Shown: one piece after another, positions 47,953-60,835 of the stretch
Layout of the letters: the number at the start of each line of letters is the position of its first letter
Numbering within the stretch: the first letter of the stretch is position 1
DNA from: Puccinia triticina
Lineage: Eukaryota
Reading direction: 5' to 3'
Assembly (NCBI GenBank): GCA_026914245.1
Contig: CP110439.1
Location: forward strand, 7,378,001-7,442,000
Length of the DNA stretch: 64,000 nucleotides
The notes under the pieces: generated by a model
Database searches by the model: none
What the model was told of the DNA's origin: nothing
Seen by the model: the letters and a program-made list of their open reading frames with translations, nothing else
Made by a program: the position numbers and the translations under genes

Positions 47953-50900
47953 TGTAAGCGCCCAGCTTTGGGGTACTTCACTGAGTGGGCTAAGGGGACA
48001 AAGGGCGAAGGCACAACGTTCTAGAACCTCTGTGTGAATTGCAAAGGGGCACTAGTTTGGGGGAAGTCTCAGTACTTCCCTCGAAATAAAAATTGAAAGA
48101 GAGAGAGAGGGAAACGGAAAAGAAGGAAAGGTCTTGCTCACCTAGTTTGGGGGAAGTCTCAGTACTTCCCTGCCGAACTAGGATAGCGAGAGCTGGGGAC
48201 TAAGTCGGTGGTCGATGTCGGTTGGTGATACTCCTGTGAACCTCTCTGTGAGCTCGCGGGAGCCGCGGCTCACATTCTCCCCCTCTATAGAACAAGCTCG
48301 CCCGGAGGGGCAATTGGCGAAGCGTGAATGGACGGTCCTCGAATCGTTTAGCGCGGTGGGGAGTGATAATGGGTGTCGGGGGAAGGGGAGTCGGTGGACT
48401 GCGCGAAGCAGGGCTTGATTTCATCTTTGAATGTTGCGAGGATTGCTCAGTCTTGGCTCGTCCATGTGATCCGATGTTGAGAGGGTTGACAGACTTCTTG
48501 GAAGGGGGTTCAGTCGAGGGGGTAAAAATGAAAAAAATTGGAGAGTGATCGTGGGAATGAAACGGGATTAGGAAGAGTGGGGAATTGGTAGAGGGTGAGA
48601 GTATTGGGCTCGGGGGCCAGTCTCTGGCGAGTATTGAGGTGGGGAGCGTGAGGAGTTTCAATCTCGGCCTAATCACTTGTCTCGTTATCCGCACTGTTAG
48701 GATTTTCCTACGTAAGCTTCTTCCTTTATGGAGGAGGTGTAGGTTCTTGTGGATCCTAGGGAAATGTCTCACATACCCCGCGTCCTGTCCTAGGATGGTG
48801 CTATTGATGAGGGATGAGAGCGAAGAGGCAAAGCTAGTCTGCATGTCGTCGAAGTGTTGGACTGCGGCGGCTTCCGTTTCCTCGGTGATCAAGTCCTTGT
48901 CCTCCCCATAGCCTTGAGCTATGGCCGAGTCGAGTTCATCAATTGCCACCGTCGCTGCTTTTTCCATTTCTGGGTATAGGTCGTCTTGATTGTCGGATAC
49001 GCTGGCCACACCCGCTGGGCAAGAGGTTGCTCGACCGGCGCTGGTGTTGGGGGGACGGTTAGATGGACCTTTCGAAGAGCTCCACGCTTGTGGGGCAGAG
49101 TAGTTAGACGGTTTGACCGGAGTAACCCAACTGTCAGGGACATTGACTCGATTTTTGTCGCGGGGGGCCGAGCAGGCGCCATTCGGTGAACCACAGTGTT
49201 CCCTGCACCAGTGACAGCGTCCTAACAAATCCAAATACGAATGGATCCTCCAACGTAACTCATCCAACATCCGTCCGGTTGGTTTTCCATCTGAGGATGC
49301 TTGAGTGGTTGCATTTGCCTGGGAGTTCAGTGGCTTGCCTCGGTTCAATGGTGGTAGGCGTTTTGGCAGGGCCTCGTAGAATGTTCGGACACGCTTCGCA
49401 AAGCGGTTGTATTTGAAGGGCTCCGCTTTGAGCAACTCAAATTTTTGTACGTCGCCTTGCAGTTCCTCCAGGAGGCCAATGGTCATCCATTCCGCAAGAC
49501 TGAGGTCCGAGATAACTGGGGATTTGCAGTCAAAGTTGACCATTCGCTGGAGTGTTCGAGCGCGCGTTTCGAACTGAGTGAAAGTCTCTGTGTTTTCCAT
49601 TTTCAATCCACGGATCTTCGTTTTGAGCGAGTGACGCCAACGAACTGGAATTGCCGTCTCGAAAAGTGCTTCCTTGAAGTCCTTCCAAGGTCTTCCCAGA
49701 TAATTCTTTGCTTCGTTCGAATAGAAGGAAAGTAGGTTGGTTTCTTTGATTAATTTCCCGGTGATTTTGATCTTGTTGTCATCCAGAGATATCGTTTTTG
49801 TGTCGAAGAAAATTTGTAAGCTGTTGATCCACGACAGGAATGGCTCCGTTTCTTGGAACGGGCCGGTGTAGGCGGGGCCGTCAGAAGTACGAAAACGTCG
49901 GAGATCTACATGGTCGTCTTTTGGGGCTGTGGCTGGGGTTTGAGACAACTCTCTTTTCGCAGACGATTGGATGAAAGCCTCCTCCATTCTTGCCAATCGT
50001 TTGGCGTCCACTTTTGCCCGCTCGTCCGCTGCTTCTTGTGCTGCTACTGCCCTTCGTTCCGCTGCTCTCTGCGCGTCCAAGCTAGCCTGTTGGATTTGCA
50101 GGGACATACGTTGCATCTCCGCAATTAGCCCCAGTGTGTCGACGCCCGTGCTGAGGTTCTGGGTTGGTGCTCCTGGGGGTGTCTCTTCAACAGGATTATC
50201 TCCTGCGTTTGCCGACATCTTCTCTAGAGCGGTTGGCGTGGGAGGGATGGAACTGGCGGAGCGGTTTGTGGAGGGGTCTGGTGGGCTTCTTGTGTCTGCT
50301 ACTTTCGCTGGAGATGGGAGTGCTGGGAGTGTGGAAAGTAGTGGGTTGAAAGGTCCTGGAGGCGGGGGAGGGGGTCTAATCGATTCCGGGCCAATTGGCG
50401 ACCAAGCTTTAACTACTGGGGGAATGTCGCTATCAGCCGAGAAGAAGGAGGTTGCCGGACTGTTTGGGAAGCCTATTGCTGGAGGGAGCGTTAAAGAGAC
50501 TGAAAGCAAAGCCGGGCACGAGTTGGTCTCGAGATGATGGGGCGCCAGAATTGGTTGGGTGCGGCTCGAGGAAGCCTCTCTGGAGGCTGCTGTTTCTACA
50601 AGCTCTGCTGATTTGGCTGCTCCTGCTGCTGCTGCCGCCGTTCGTTTTGCCTTATTTGCTGCCCGGAGGAGCGCTTCGGTGTCTGTCGGTGGGTGAAGTT
50701 GATTGGATGAGGTGGTTCTCCTCGTGGACATGAGAGACCTATTAGTCGGAGACGAGGGGGCGCACGAAGGGTTTGGGTGTTGCTGGGTGCGAAGAGTGGG
50801 AGCAGGTCTAAAGCAAAACAAAGCAAAGTGAAGCAAAGCAAAGCAAAGCGAGGGGGTCGAGGGTGTCGAATTGGAGGTTTGAGAAAAAAAAAGTGTAAGC

Positions 50901-51215
50901 GCCCAGATTTGGGGTACTTCACTGAGTGGGCTAAGGGGACGAAGGGCGAAGGCACGACGTTCTAGAACCTCTGTGTGAATTGCAAAGGGGCACTAGTTTG
51001 GGGGAAGTCTCAGTACTTCCCTCGAAATACAAATTGAAAGAGAGAGAGAGGGAAACGGAAAAGAAGGAAAGGTCTTGCTCACCTAGTTCGGGGGAAGTCT
51101 CAGTACTTCCCTGCCGAACTAGGATAGCGAGAGCTGGGGACTAAGTCGGTGGTCGATGTCGGTCGGTGATACTCCTGTGAACCTCTCTGTGAGCTCGCGG
51201 GAGCCGCAGCTCACA
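47953..51215 (-). mobile_element. Non-autonomous gag-only LTR retrotransposon, Gypsy-like
   Basis: 322-bp LTRs at 47953-48274 and 50894-51215 (7 differences by eye), TG..CA ends, TSD AGTGT, polypurine tract AGAGGGGGAGAA before the 3' LTR. Confidence 0.93.
48200..50731 (-). CDS. Gag-like protein
   Basis: Single ORF from MSTRR with a capsid-like core (FLSWINSLQIFF...WKDFKEALF...LKMENTETFTQF) and a Cys/His motif CHWCREHCGSPNGAC. No RT, RNase H or integrase motifs. The ORF runs into the 3' LTR. Confidence 0.8.
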   Translation of the reverse strand: MSTRRTTSSNQLHPPTDTEALLRAANKAKRTAAAAAGAAKSAELVETAASREASSSRTQPILAPHHLETNSCPALLSVSLTLPPAIGFPNSPATSFFSADSDIPPVVKAWSPIGPESIRPPPPPPGPFNPLLSTLPALPSPAKVADTRSPPDPSTNRSASSIPPTPTALEKMSANAGDNPVEETPPGAPTQNLSTGVDTLGLIAEMQRMSLQIQQASLDAQRAAERRAVAAQEAADERAKVDAKRLARMEEAFIQSSAKRELSQTPATAPKDDHVDLRRFRTSDGPAYTGPFQETEPFLSWINSLQIFFDTKTISLDDNKIKITGKLIKETNLLSFYSNEAKNYLGRPWKDFKEALFETAIPVRWRHSLKTKIRGLKMENTETFTQFETRARTLQRMVNFDCKSPVISDLSLAEWMTIGLLEELQGDVQKFELLKAEPFKYNRFAKRVRTFYEALPKRLPPLNRGKPLNSQANATTQASSDGKPTGRMLDELRWRIHSYLDLLGRCHWCREHCGSPNGACSAPRDKNRVNVPDSWVTPVKPSNYSAPQAWSSSKGPSNRPPNTSAGRATSCPAGVASVSDNQDDLYPEMEKAATVAIDELDSAIAQGYGEDKDLITEETEAAAVQHFDDMQTSFASSLSSLINSTILGQDAGYVRHFPRIHKNLHLLHKGRSLRRKILTVRITRQVIRPRLKLLTLPTSILARDWPPSPILSPSTNSPLFLIPFHSHDHSPIFFIFTPSTEPPSKKSVNPLNIGSHGRAKTEQSSQHSKMKSSPASRSPPTPLPPTPIITPHRAKRFEDRPFTLRQLPLRASLFYRGGECEPRLPRAHREVHRSITNRHRPPT

Positions 51216-51765
51216 AGTGTCCACTTTATCGTGCATTCCACATTTTGCACTGTACAGAATCTGAAATTGATAATGATACAACTATGATTGCAGCTCAACC
51301 AGAGGAGTTGAGGACGGGAAAAAATAGTAGAAAGAAGGGGACAGCTTAAGCCATCCCAGAAATGTAAATTAGAGAAAAAAAGGTTCAGAAACAAAGACGG
51401 AAGATTGATTTCAAAAAAGTCTCTGCCAAAAGTGCTAATTCTCTATGGACTTCAAAGTTGAAGTTCATGCATGTATAAATGCATTAAAAACCCCTAATTA
51501 CGTCAATAACCCCATTTTTCGCGCAGCATTTCCCCATGTTGGGTCTGCAGGAAAAGGAATTGTTGATGTAATCAATGATCTTTAAGAAAAGACCATTGCT
51601 GGGAGGACGACAATCATGGCTTTGCCAGTCAATACCCCCAGCGGCTTTGCCGTTCCAACTGACCGTCCGCGTCCTCCTTTTATATTCTGCAGGTCGCAGC
51701 TAGCCAGTGTCTCCTCCTGCAGCCAGGTTCTCTTCCGGAAGGCTTTGCTTTTGTTTCTGCAACAC

Positions 51766-51912
51766 ATTGTTAAATGCAATTTCCACATCCGGGACTTCAA
51801 CCATCTTCGTGATTGCACCACTATATGCAACATCAACTCTGCCGCAAAATATTGTTAAGTGCAATTTCCACATCCGGGACTTCAACCATCTTCGTAAAAT
51901 TGCACCGCTATA
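51766..51912. repeat. Tandem duplication, ~85-bp period
   Basis: ATTGTTAA.TGCAATTTCCACATCCGGGACTTCAACCATCTTCGT occurs at ~51766 and ~51851. Confidence 0.85.
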
Positions 51913-52949
51913 TGTGACATTCTCCGGTATTGGTGTTCTCCACCCATGACAATGTGAAGTCTCCCACTTCCGCGTATAGTAAACGACCTCCAGTCACCCT
52001 ATTAAGGTAAGAGACCCAGCTGTCAGTAGCATTTCTTTCCTGTTTGCTTGTTCGCCGCTCTTGGCCCAATATCTCATATATAGCCGTTTGCGGTACAAAT
52101 CCAGTCCGGCCTTCTTTTTATATCTTCCCTGATCCCAACGAGCTCATCCAATAAGTCTCGGGTCCTCTTGTATACCTTTTATGCTCTTCTAGGCAAGCTC
52201 CACCTTCCCCCAGGCTATAAATAGACCTCCCCATCCCTGCAATGAACCCCCAACCAAGTTTGCTCACACCTTTCCCACTTGTGAAACCGGCAAGCATCAC
52301 AACAACGTCTGTTGCATTGCATTTGGTATCTGCAGCATTGTACCAATTGATAAACTCAATACGTTATACTATCATCTAAATGTGTCTTGTTGTCTTGAAT
52401 GCCCCCGTCTTATTACGTTGATACAGCCACATCATTCATTTCCTCGCCACAGCATTTCCTTTTTCTATACACAACCCAGTTGCTGAATTAGTTTGACAGC
52501 TGTTGTTTTTCTTCTTCTGCGCATTTCAGCAGTTAATCACACACTTATTGTCCAGGGGATACATCAAAATAGTTCCATTGTTTCTGCAGATTTCCTTCCA
52601 TGGACACACACACTGAGCACATAACAACTTTTTTCCAAAGAGCTGAGGCCCGATGGGTCGCACTTCCCTCGGCTCTTGGCATGTTGTTCCAATGGGGTTT
52701 GCACTATCCTTGGCTCTTGGCATGCTGATGCTTCTTACCTCACAAGACATATATACAGCAAAAGCTGTGCGAGTGGCAGGATCCCAATTCCCAATTACAG
52801 CTAAGCTGCCCCTCTACCCTCTATACATTTGGATATATGTAGTTACATCTCCATGACTTGGAATTATCTGCAACCAACTAACAAATGCAGCACATGACAC
52901 GTGAGTGGCATTATCCCAATTCCTAATGCCACCTAGCCTGCCCCTCAGC

Positions 52950-55622
52950 TAGGGTTGACGGCGCCACAGGTAGTGGCGCGCCAGAGTGCGCGCCCCTGGC
53001 GCCCCTTGTTTGGTAAAAAAGGGGGGTGGCGCGCCCTGTTAAACCTAATTTTCCAAAAATGTTATGAGTGAGTGTTCCGAGTCTGGGAGTGGCCACGGGG
53101 CTCGCGCCGCATGTCAAGGAGGACATTATGCAACTCTCAATGACACACATGAGATCCCACAAATAGACCTTTATGGACAACCTGGGGATAGTAGATGATG
53201 ACAAAAGTGTTATTGTGGCACTGTGCCAGTGTGACTCAATCAAGACTGTGAGACCGAGTATAGGGTCAAGTCTACGAGTACAGAGTTTGGCTCTTGAGTC
53301 TTGAGTCAGAGATTGAACAAACGCTGAGACTTGAGTTCTAAGATCCATCCTGAATCTTCTAATTATCAATCAACATAGTGAAATTAACGATGGCACCAAT
53401 CAGAAACACTCCTAACACCTCGCAGGAATGGCTCGACCCGACAGAAAAACATGGCGCAAGGTGGATTGGTTTTAAAATGTCAAATCTACAAAACGATGAA
53501 TCCAGACAACAAGAGGCAAAATGTACTCACTGCCATACAATTTTTCCTCATGGGAAGCCTCACATCCTCTTCTTGCATATTAAAGATTCCTGCAAAGACA
53601 TTTCTCCGGAGCAAAGATCTTCCTATCTTCGTAATGCTCTACCTGAATCTGAGGGAAATCAAAATGATATGATATCCGATAATCAGAACAACGGTTGCAT
53701 TATATCTGTTTCCATTCCCCAGAACAAAAAAAACCAATCTGTTTCTCCATACTTTTGTCCAATGTCCAATGAAAAAACCCATCACCTCCATGAGTTACTT
53801 TTGAAATCCCTTATTAGCTCTAATCTTCCTCTGTCATATCTCAAAAACCCATACTTTCCAGAATACCAATTGGAACTAGCACAGACGGTCTACAAGATAC
53901 CACGGCGAGTGCAGATAATGGAAAATACTTTGCCTGTGGTTCACGCCAGGCATGAACTAGCTCTGCTTGAAACCCTCAAGAATCAAAATCAGCTTACTCT
54001 ATCATTGGACGGCTGGACTGACAATTCCGGCAACAGCATATACACATTAATGGCGCTGAAAGGTTTGAAGAAAAAATACTTTGTGGATGTGCTTGATCTT
54101 CACGCTAAGAGACACACTGCGGACAATATCTTCTCGGCAATCAAGAGTTCGCTCAAGTACAAGCAAATTGGCTTTGATAAAATCTGTGCGTTAGTCACAG
54201 ATTCTCCTTTGGTTATGATCAAACTTTTTGTAAGTTCTTCTTCACTTTTGAAAAGACTATCAAATATCTTACTTTATCCCTTATCCATGGCTTTGTTCAG
54301 AGACTTGTGAATGAAGAGAATCCGCACATTCTTAAGATTCATTGCACCTTACACGTCTTCAACCTCATGGCTAAGCAAATCTCGGCTCATCCAAGCATGG
54401 ATTCTAGACCCAATAGTTGATACTCCGACGATGCCAAACAACGTCATTCAAGCTATCAAGAATTGCGATCACTTTACAGAAAATCAGACTCTTGTATCTC
54501 TCTTGACGCCAATAATCAATGCAATTGCTAGCTTGGAACATACAGAGACTACTCTTGCTGACATCTGGAAGGAGCTTCTAATTGCTCACAAGAAAATTCA
54601 AAATGTCAATGTCTACTCTTGTTTTGAAGCTTTCAAAAGACACTGTCTTGAAACACTAGAATCACAGACTAAAGTGTACCACGATGATGTCTATGTTGCG
54701 GCCTTTTTTCTTCACCCTAAATACCGCTGTGTTGCTGTCTCAAAAAAACATTCCCTTTCAGATGTCACTCAAATGATCATCCGACTTGCGAAACAATTCA
54801 AACTCACCAAAGGCGAGGCTCTTACTCTACAAGATGCTACCAATTGGTATTACAACCAGATTTATCCTTACAACTCAAAGAATGTTGACAAGCCTTTGGA
54901 TTACTGGATGACGGTTCCTGAAACACCCGAGTCAAATGCTTTAAAAAAGCTATCCATCAGTCTCCTTGAAATTGTTCCTCACGCTGCCGGAGTCGAGGGC
55001 CCATTTTCAATGATGAATGTGATTAAAACTAAAGCTCGCAATTGAATGTCTACAAAATTGTTGAAGATGATGACTCAACTCAAGCTTCATCTACGTCAAG
55101 GTGATTCATTACTCAACAACAGAAAAAAAAGAAAACAAAAAGACGGAAAAGACTCTACATCCAAATACAAAAACATGAATATTTACAATGCATTTCTCAC
55201 CACAACAGAATTGGAAGACTTTGAAAACGGCATTTATACCAAAGAGGAAACAGCTCTAGTTACTGTGAGGGAGAACACTTTCATGGAAACACTGTTTGAT
55301 TTTGATAAATGGGAAAACCCCACTCAAGAAAAAGAAATAATCAACCTTGATCAAATCCGAGAAGACCTTGCTGAAACCAACTGGAGCCCAGATGAAATTT
55401 GGGCACCTTGAACAATTTTCCATTTGTCTTGATATCTCCTTGTACATATTTTTCTCCTTTTATACATGTGGAATCAATCTTTGAACCACAATTGAGCCTA
55501 AAATATTTTTTTTGGTGGCGCCCGGCGCGCCGGGGCGCCGCCTGCCAAAGGCGCCATGCTCCGCCTAATGGGAAGGCGCCCCTGGGCGCGCCCCTGTCCC
55601 AAAAATAGCGCCGTCAACCCTA
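52950..55622 (+). mobile_element. hAT DNA transposon with defective transposase
   Basis: TIR TAGGGTTGACGGCGC, 8-bp TSD CCCTCAGC. BED finger (CTHC...H...C), LSLDGWTD, VTDS, HCTLH, FFLHPKY, PLDYW, VPHAAGVE. In-frame stop at 55043, and the RW motif region is missing. Confidence 0.95.
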
Positions 55623-56009
55623 CCCTCAGCTCTGCCCTCTAAACATTTGGTTGTAGATACATCTCCATGACTCAGCACTATCTGAAACCAAACACCAAAT
55701 GCAGCACATCAATTTTTTTGGTTTTTTCCACAGCAGTTTTTCCCAGTGGGGTCATTTCCACAAATCAGAATTTCTATGTACCATGCGCGTCAAAACTATT
55801 TTTCCAATTCCAATAAATTGCTTTGCCTGCATTACCATTCCATGTTCCCTATTCTGTGTGCTCAAATTAACTCACCTGACCTCTTTTCCTCCACTCAACC
55901 CTGAACTGCAATTCCACCGCCAAATCATGTGCCGTAAAACGGTAACACTGTGTACAATTCAATGTAAATGTAAATTTACTCGCATTCTGGTTGCATCATC
56001 TCGAGGCCC

Positions 56010-56233
56010 TGTACCATTTTTCTAGCCCACATCATGGGCCTTAACAGGCCACACCAATACCAATTCCAGTAATCAAAATGGAATCATATCCTGGCTTCAC
56101 TTTCACGAGTCTCTGTTCCTATGTACCATTTTCCTAGCCCAAATTATGGGCCTTAGCAGGCCACACCAACATCAATTCCAGTAATTAAAATGGAATCATA
56201 TCCTGGCTTCATGGTCACGAGTCTCTGTTCCTA
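56010..56233. repeat. Tandem duplication, ~113-bp period
   Basis: TGTACCATTTT...GAGTCTCTGTTCCTAT occurs twice consecutively. Confidence 0.85.
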
Positions 56234-57063
56234 TTATGGCTAATTTTGTGATCATGTGATGGATCGTGATGACACCTCTTCCTCTGCACTACTCTAGCCC
56301 ACTGAATGAGACTTGTGCCTGTAGCATTAAGAAACCGCTGCAAAAAGTCTAAACCATAAAATAAGTAGTCCCAGGCCTAATTCTGGTAACTGAGATTGGA
56401 TTTCTTATCCCGGTTGTGTGGCCAGAGTGTCCTTTTACCATTATATCCAAATTAGTGCTTTCCATGTTGTGATGGCTTCATCCAACAAAAATTAACTATA
56501 CAAAACCTATCAACCAGGTCCAGCTAATCTACAATCCCACACATTAATGTGTTTCCATTGTCCAACCAGCTTGCCTACAAGACAGAGTATGTATCTATAC
56601 TCACCCAGGTATGCCTCACACATCTATACCCCTGGTACTCTACCTGTCTTGTGATGTAACAAACAAATTTAAGTAACATCTACCCCAGTTCATCTAATCA
56701 TGTTCAGGGGCATACCTGGTCCAATAACAGCCCTCTCATCCCAGGTTTACATTTTTAGTCAATGCAAACCATCTACAATATTTAATGCTGTGAGGTGTAG
56801 ATGAGGTCCTAATCCTGTGCCTTGGAGCAACCTTCTCAATGCTCAATCCGGAGCCAGCTGCTGATTTGTGTTGTTGGGTCAGTTATCACATACATTTAGG
56901 GGTTAGTCTATACTCTCCATAACAACTTGGTCATTGGCCAGTGATGAATTGCACTTTTGGCAAACAATATTCTTGGGATGCAGCCGATTTTTCAATCACC
57001 AGGAGTATACATTAATCAGGGTCAGATCAGCTCACGCTCTTGTACCCAACTCTTTGTGAAGCC

Positions 57064-59648
57064 TAGAGATGGGCGCACGTAACCCATTGCGGGTATCTGC
57101 TATCCTCTGGCGGGTACCCGCCAGAGGCCCTCGGGTACCCGCCAGCGGATGCGGATGTCTGATATTCCGGCAGAATCCAGCGGATACCCGTGTATTTCAG
57201 CGGGTATCCGATCTCCCTAGGGGATGCAAGCCGCAGCTGCGCAGAATCACTGCGAGGGCTTACCCTTGGCCCCACACCCCCGGCTCCCCCTTGGCCCCGT
57301 ACCCCAACATACATGTCCTCCGCCCCATCCCCTGCTCCCCTCTAAGACCAAACACCATCACCATATCCTCCAACCACCACCACACTATGAATCAACGCAA
57401 GAGGCACCAACAAACGATTTCACGGACACCATCACCAGAGGTCCGCAACCCAACCACCATTGAATCACACGATGACCGCAAAGATAGTGAATCATCGGCA
57501 CCTGCTGGAACTGATTCCACCGACGAGCAACATCTTTGTAAGTACTCCTCCTCTTGGTAGTGATTCATCATCCCACCCCTGACCACTTTCATTGTAGATC
57601 ATGCGCAGAGACTTTCCCAAAACCAAGTCAGTTCTGCCTACTCTTCCTACAAGCCACCTACGCTTTCCACTCAGCTGGATAAATTCAAACGGCGCATGAT
57701 TGCATGGAAGTGTAAGACATAAGTATCTCTTTTTCATTCTAGTATCTTATCTTAATTATGAAATGCATGAATACTAATTGAAGGTGTGAAACTCTCAGAT
57801 GTTCTACAACTATCAATCGGCCAACTTACGAATTGTCATGCAGTAATCTTCTCACACATGCGGGTCGATGTCTGAGGAAGCAGCAAGTACCCTCGAATAA
57901 CAGGACACTCGCATCACTTGGTATATCTGGCACAGGGGAAATTGACCCAAGGGAGGTGGGTGTTTTTTAATCTTGAATCCTGTTTTTTCATCTTGTGACA
58001 TGTCTGAATTGTTGAATCTCTGTAGGTTACACAAAGATGTGCTATTTGGTGCGCCGAGGGCGCCAAACCCTTTTCGGCCTTGGAAGACCAAAGCCTCAAG
58101 CAAGTTCTACATCCGACAATCCTCAAGTCCCTCCCAAATCAAAAGACAGTTGCAAACGCCATCCACTTCCTTTATTTAGCAGTTCAGGAGAAATTATGTG
58201 AGGAATTGAAGGTGCTTCCGTGGATTTTTAATTTCAATTAGGAAGTATATCTTGATATCTAATTTAAATCATTCTATTCAGAAGCACGAGGGCGCGATTT
58301 ACTTAGGTGTTCACGCCTGGCAGACTCCGAATGGTTTTGACATCATTGGCGCAGTAATATACCAACTTTCAATCGATGGCACCGGTAATATTGGATTAGA
58401 TGCCTCTCCCCTCGACTTTGTTCAGCTTAAAGAGCGGCACACAGGTGCTACTTGGCTCGCATGGTTCAGTATATTGTTGAGAAGTTTGGCTTGGCAGATC
58501 GGGCGCGAGCCTTCTTTTTCCATTTCTTAAATCTTCTCTCTATCTTGCTGACCTCATAACAATCTTGCTCTCATTAGATCTTTGGGATTGTCTCTGACAA
58601 CGCGGCAAACAACAGGACTATGATTGGTGAGTTGGAAAAACTCAATTGGAAGCATTTCAAAGGGGAGACACAGTGGATATGGTGCTTTGCACATATCCTT
58701 AATCTTATTGTCAAGGCCGTACTTTGACCGTTTTCATGCAACACAAAAAACACACAAGGCATCTCAGCACCTTCTGAGCTTGAAGATTCAGACAATGAAG
58801 AAGAAGCATGTCAACTCATTGATAGGTAAGCCTACATCAGATCATTCCGATCATTATATGGAATGATCTGATGATTGCCTCTGCATTTTGGAAGATCAAG
58901 TTTATAGTGAATCAGATGATGACGGCCAGGAAATCACAACCACTGATGGAGATGCGCCGATTGATGGAGAACTTACCGAAGAAGATGAGCTCTCTTTGTC
59001 CAATCTTCAAGACCTCAAAGAGGAAGGACCATCCAATGCGTATACTTCAGAAATGTGTTGTCAATTGCTTGCAAAGGTTTTTTTTTCTCAGATTGACGCT
59101 GGTAAATTTCAATTAACTGACATTTACCCAATTCTTTCCTTAAGTTCCGTGCAATTGCAAACAAGCTGAAGAAGTCACCAACCTCCAAAGCAAAGTTTGT
59201 TGGGCTTTGCCAGGAAAATGAAATTTCAGAGGCCACCCAACATTGAGCGCGACGTCCCAACTCGCTGGAACTCCACCTACCTCCAAATCATGAGCATAGT
59301 CCAATGCAAGGATGCCATGTAAGTCAGATCCTTGCATACTACTCTCCCTGTGATCAAACTAAAATATCTTCTTGTTCATACCAGTATTGTATGGAAACGC
59401 GACAAGCAGTTTGGAATGCCGCGCAACATGCATGTGAACCAGGAAGACCTTGACTTGGCGGCCGACCTCGTGCATGTACTCAAACCATTTTACAAAATCA
59501 CCCTGCAAATATCAATCAAAGGCTTGGCTTGTGTTGCTGATGTTGTTGTCATGATTGATCAAATAACTTTGCTTCTTTCCACGGTGATAGCAAACGCGGA
59601 TGGAAAATCACCTCCGGCTTTACAGAATGAGTGCCGAGTAGAGCGGGA
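57064..59648 (+). mobile_element. hAT transposon (left part) with intron-containing pseudogenised transposase, interrupted by Copia
   Basis: Terminus TAGAGATGG with CGGGTA repeats. Motifs LGVHAWQTPNG, VSDNAANN, CFAHILNLIVKA, DVPTRWNSTY, VLKPFYKIT. Confidence 0.88.
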
Positions 59649-60835
59649 TGTTGGTTCAGAACTGAGATTTCAAATTCCCCCGGGGGCAAACCCCCCTACA
59701 AACTGTTGACTATGTACAAGACTTGTTGTGTAACCCCTACATTCCCCCCCACAACAAACAAACCTATCCACTTGAGAGAGAAGAAGAAGAAGAAAAGAAA
59801 AAAAATAAAGACAAAACCATAATAAAAAAGAAATTTAGGAAGTAACAATGACAAGAGAAAAAACCGCGCCCAACATTAAGAAAAGAAAAGACAAGACAGA
59901 GACACCAGACTTGATAATCAACAGAAAAAATACGGAAGATCCACGGACGCCAAATTGCCAAAAGTTCAACATAGCCAGGCACCAAGCCTGTGACGTCGCA
60001 GAAAGAACTTTTTCCCAAATGCTCACTGGAGTGGCAGGGTGAACTGCGACTCCAGTGCAACCCAACTGGTGTATAGTTAAGGACAAGTTACTCACTTGAC
60101 CATTTCTTGTCCCCAAAAATTACCCCGTTAAACTTCTCCACCAAATTTCCACCCAACGCTTTTGTGAAGCAATCCGCCAGTTGGTCCAAACTTGCCACCC
60201 ACTCCAGACTGAGATTCCCTTTCCTCAGATGCTCGTTGGTGACGTGGAACTCCCGGTCAATGTTCTTGGTCCTCTTCATGCTCGCCGTGTTGGTCGCAAT
60301 CTTGACCGCAGCCTTTTTATCGCACAGTAATACCGGCTTGATCTTGCCCACCAAAGGCGCCACGATCCCAGCCATCCAAATGGCCTCATCGCACGCCATT
60401 GACAGCGCCACATATTTGGCCTGGCACGTCAAATTTGCAACCACGGTCTGCCGTTTGGCGTTCCATGCGAGGGGCACCAACCATAGCGTTGTTATGAAGC
60501 CATTATGAGACCGGGCACCTTCCCCCATCCAGCTAGCATCAATGTATGCTCTCAGAGGTTCCCTTGCGTCATCCGGTTCCACCCGCAACTCGAAATGCGC
60601 TGTCGTCCTCACATAAGCCACCAATCTCCTCAGCGCCGCCCAATGACTCTCATCTGTCCCCAGCAAAAACTGCGCCAAGTAGTGCGTTGCATACGCAATA
60701 TCCGGCCTAGTCCCTTGCGCAATGTACATCAAAATGCCGATGAAACCTAAGTAGCGGGCATCCGGTACAGTCGAGGGATTTGACATCAAGGAACTATCCT
60801 GCAACAGCACCGTAGACATGATAGAAGATCCATCC

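Noticed and set aside
51220..57060. Decayed coding-like sequence flanking the hAT
   Set aside because: Many stops and no identifiable domain. Only the tandem duplications are supportable.
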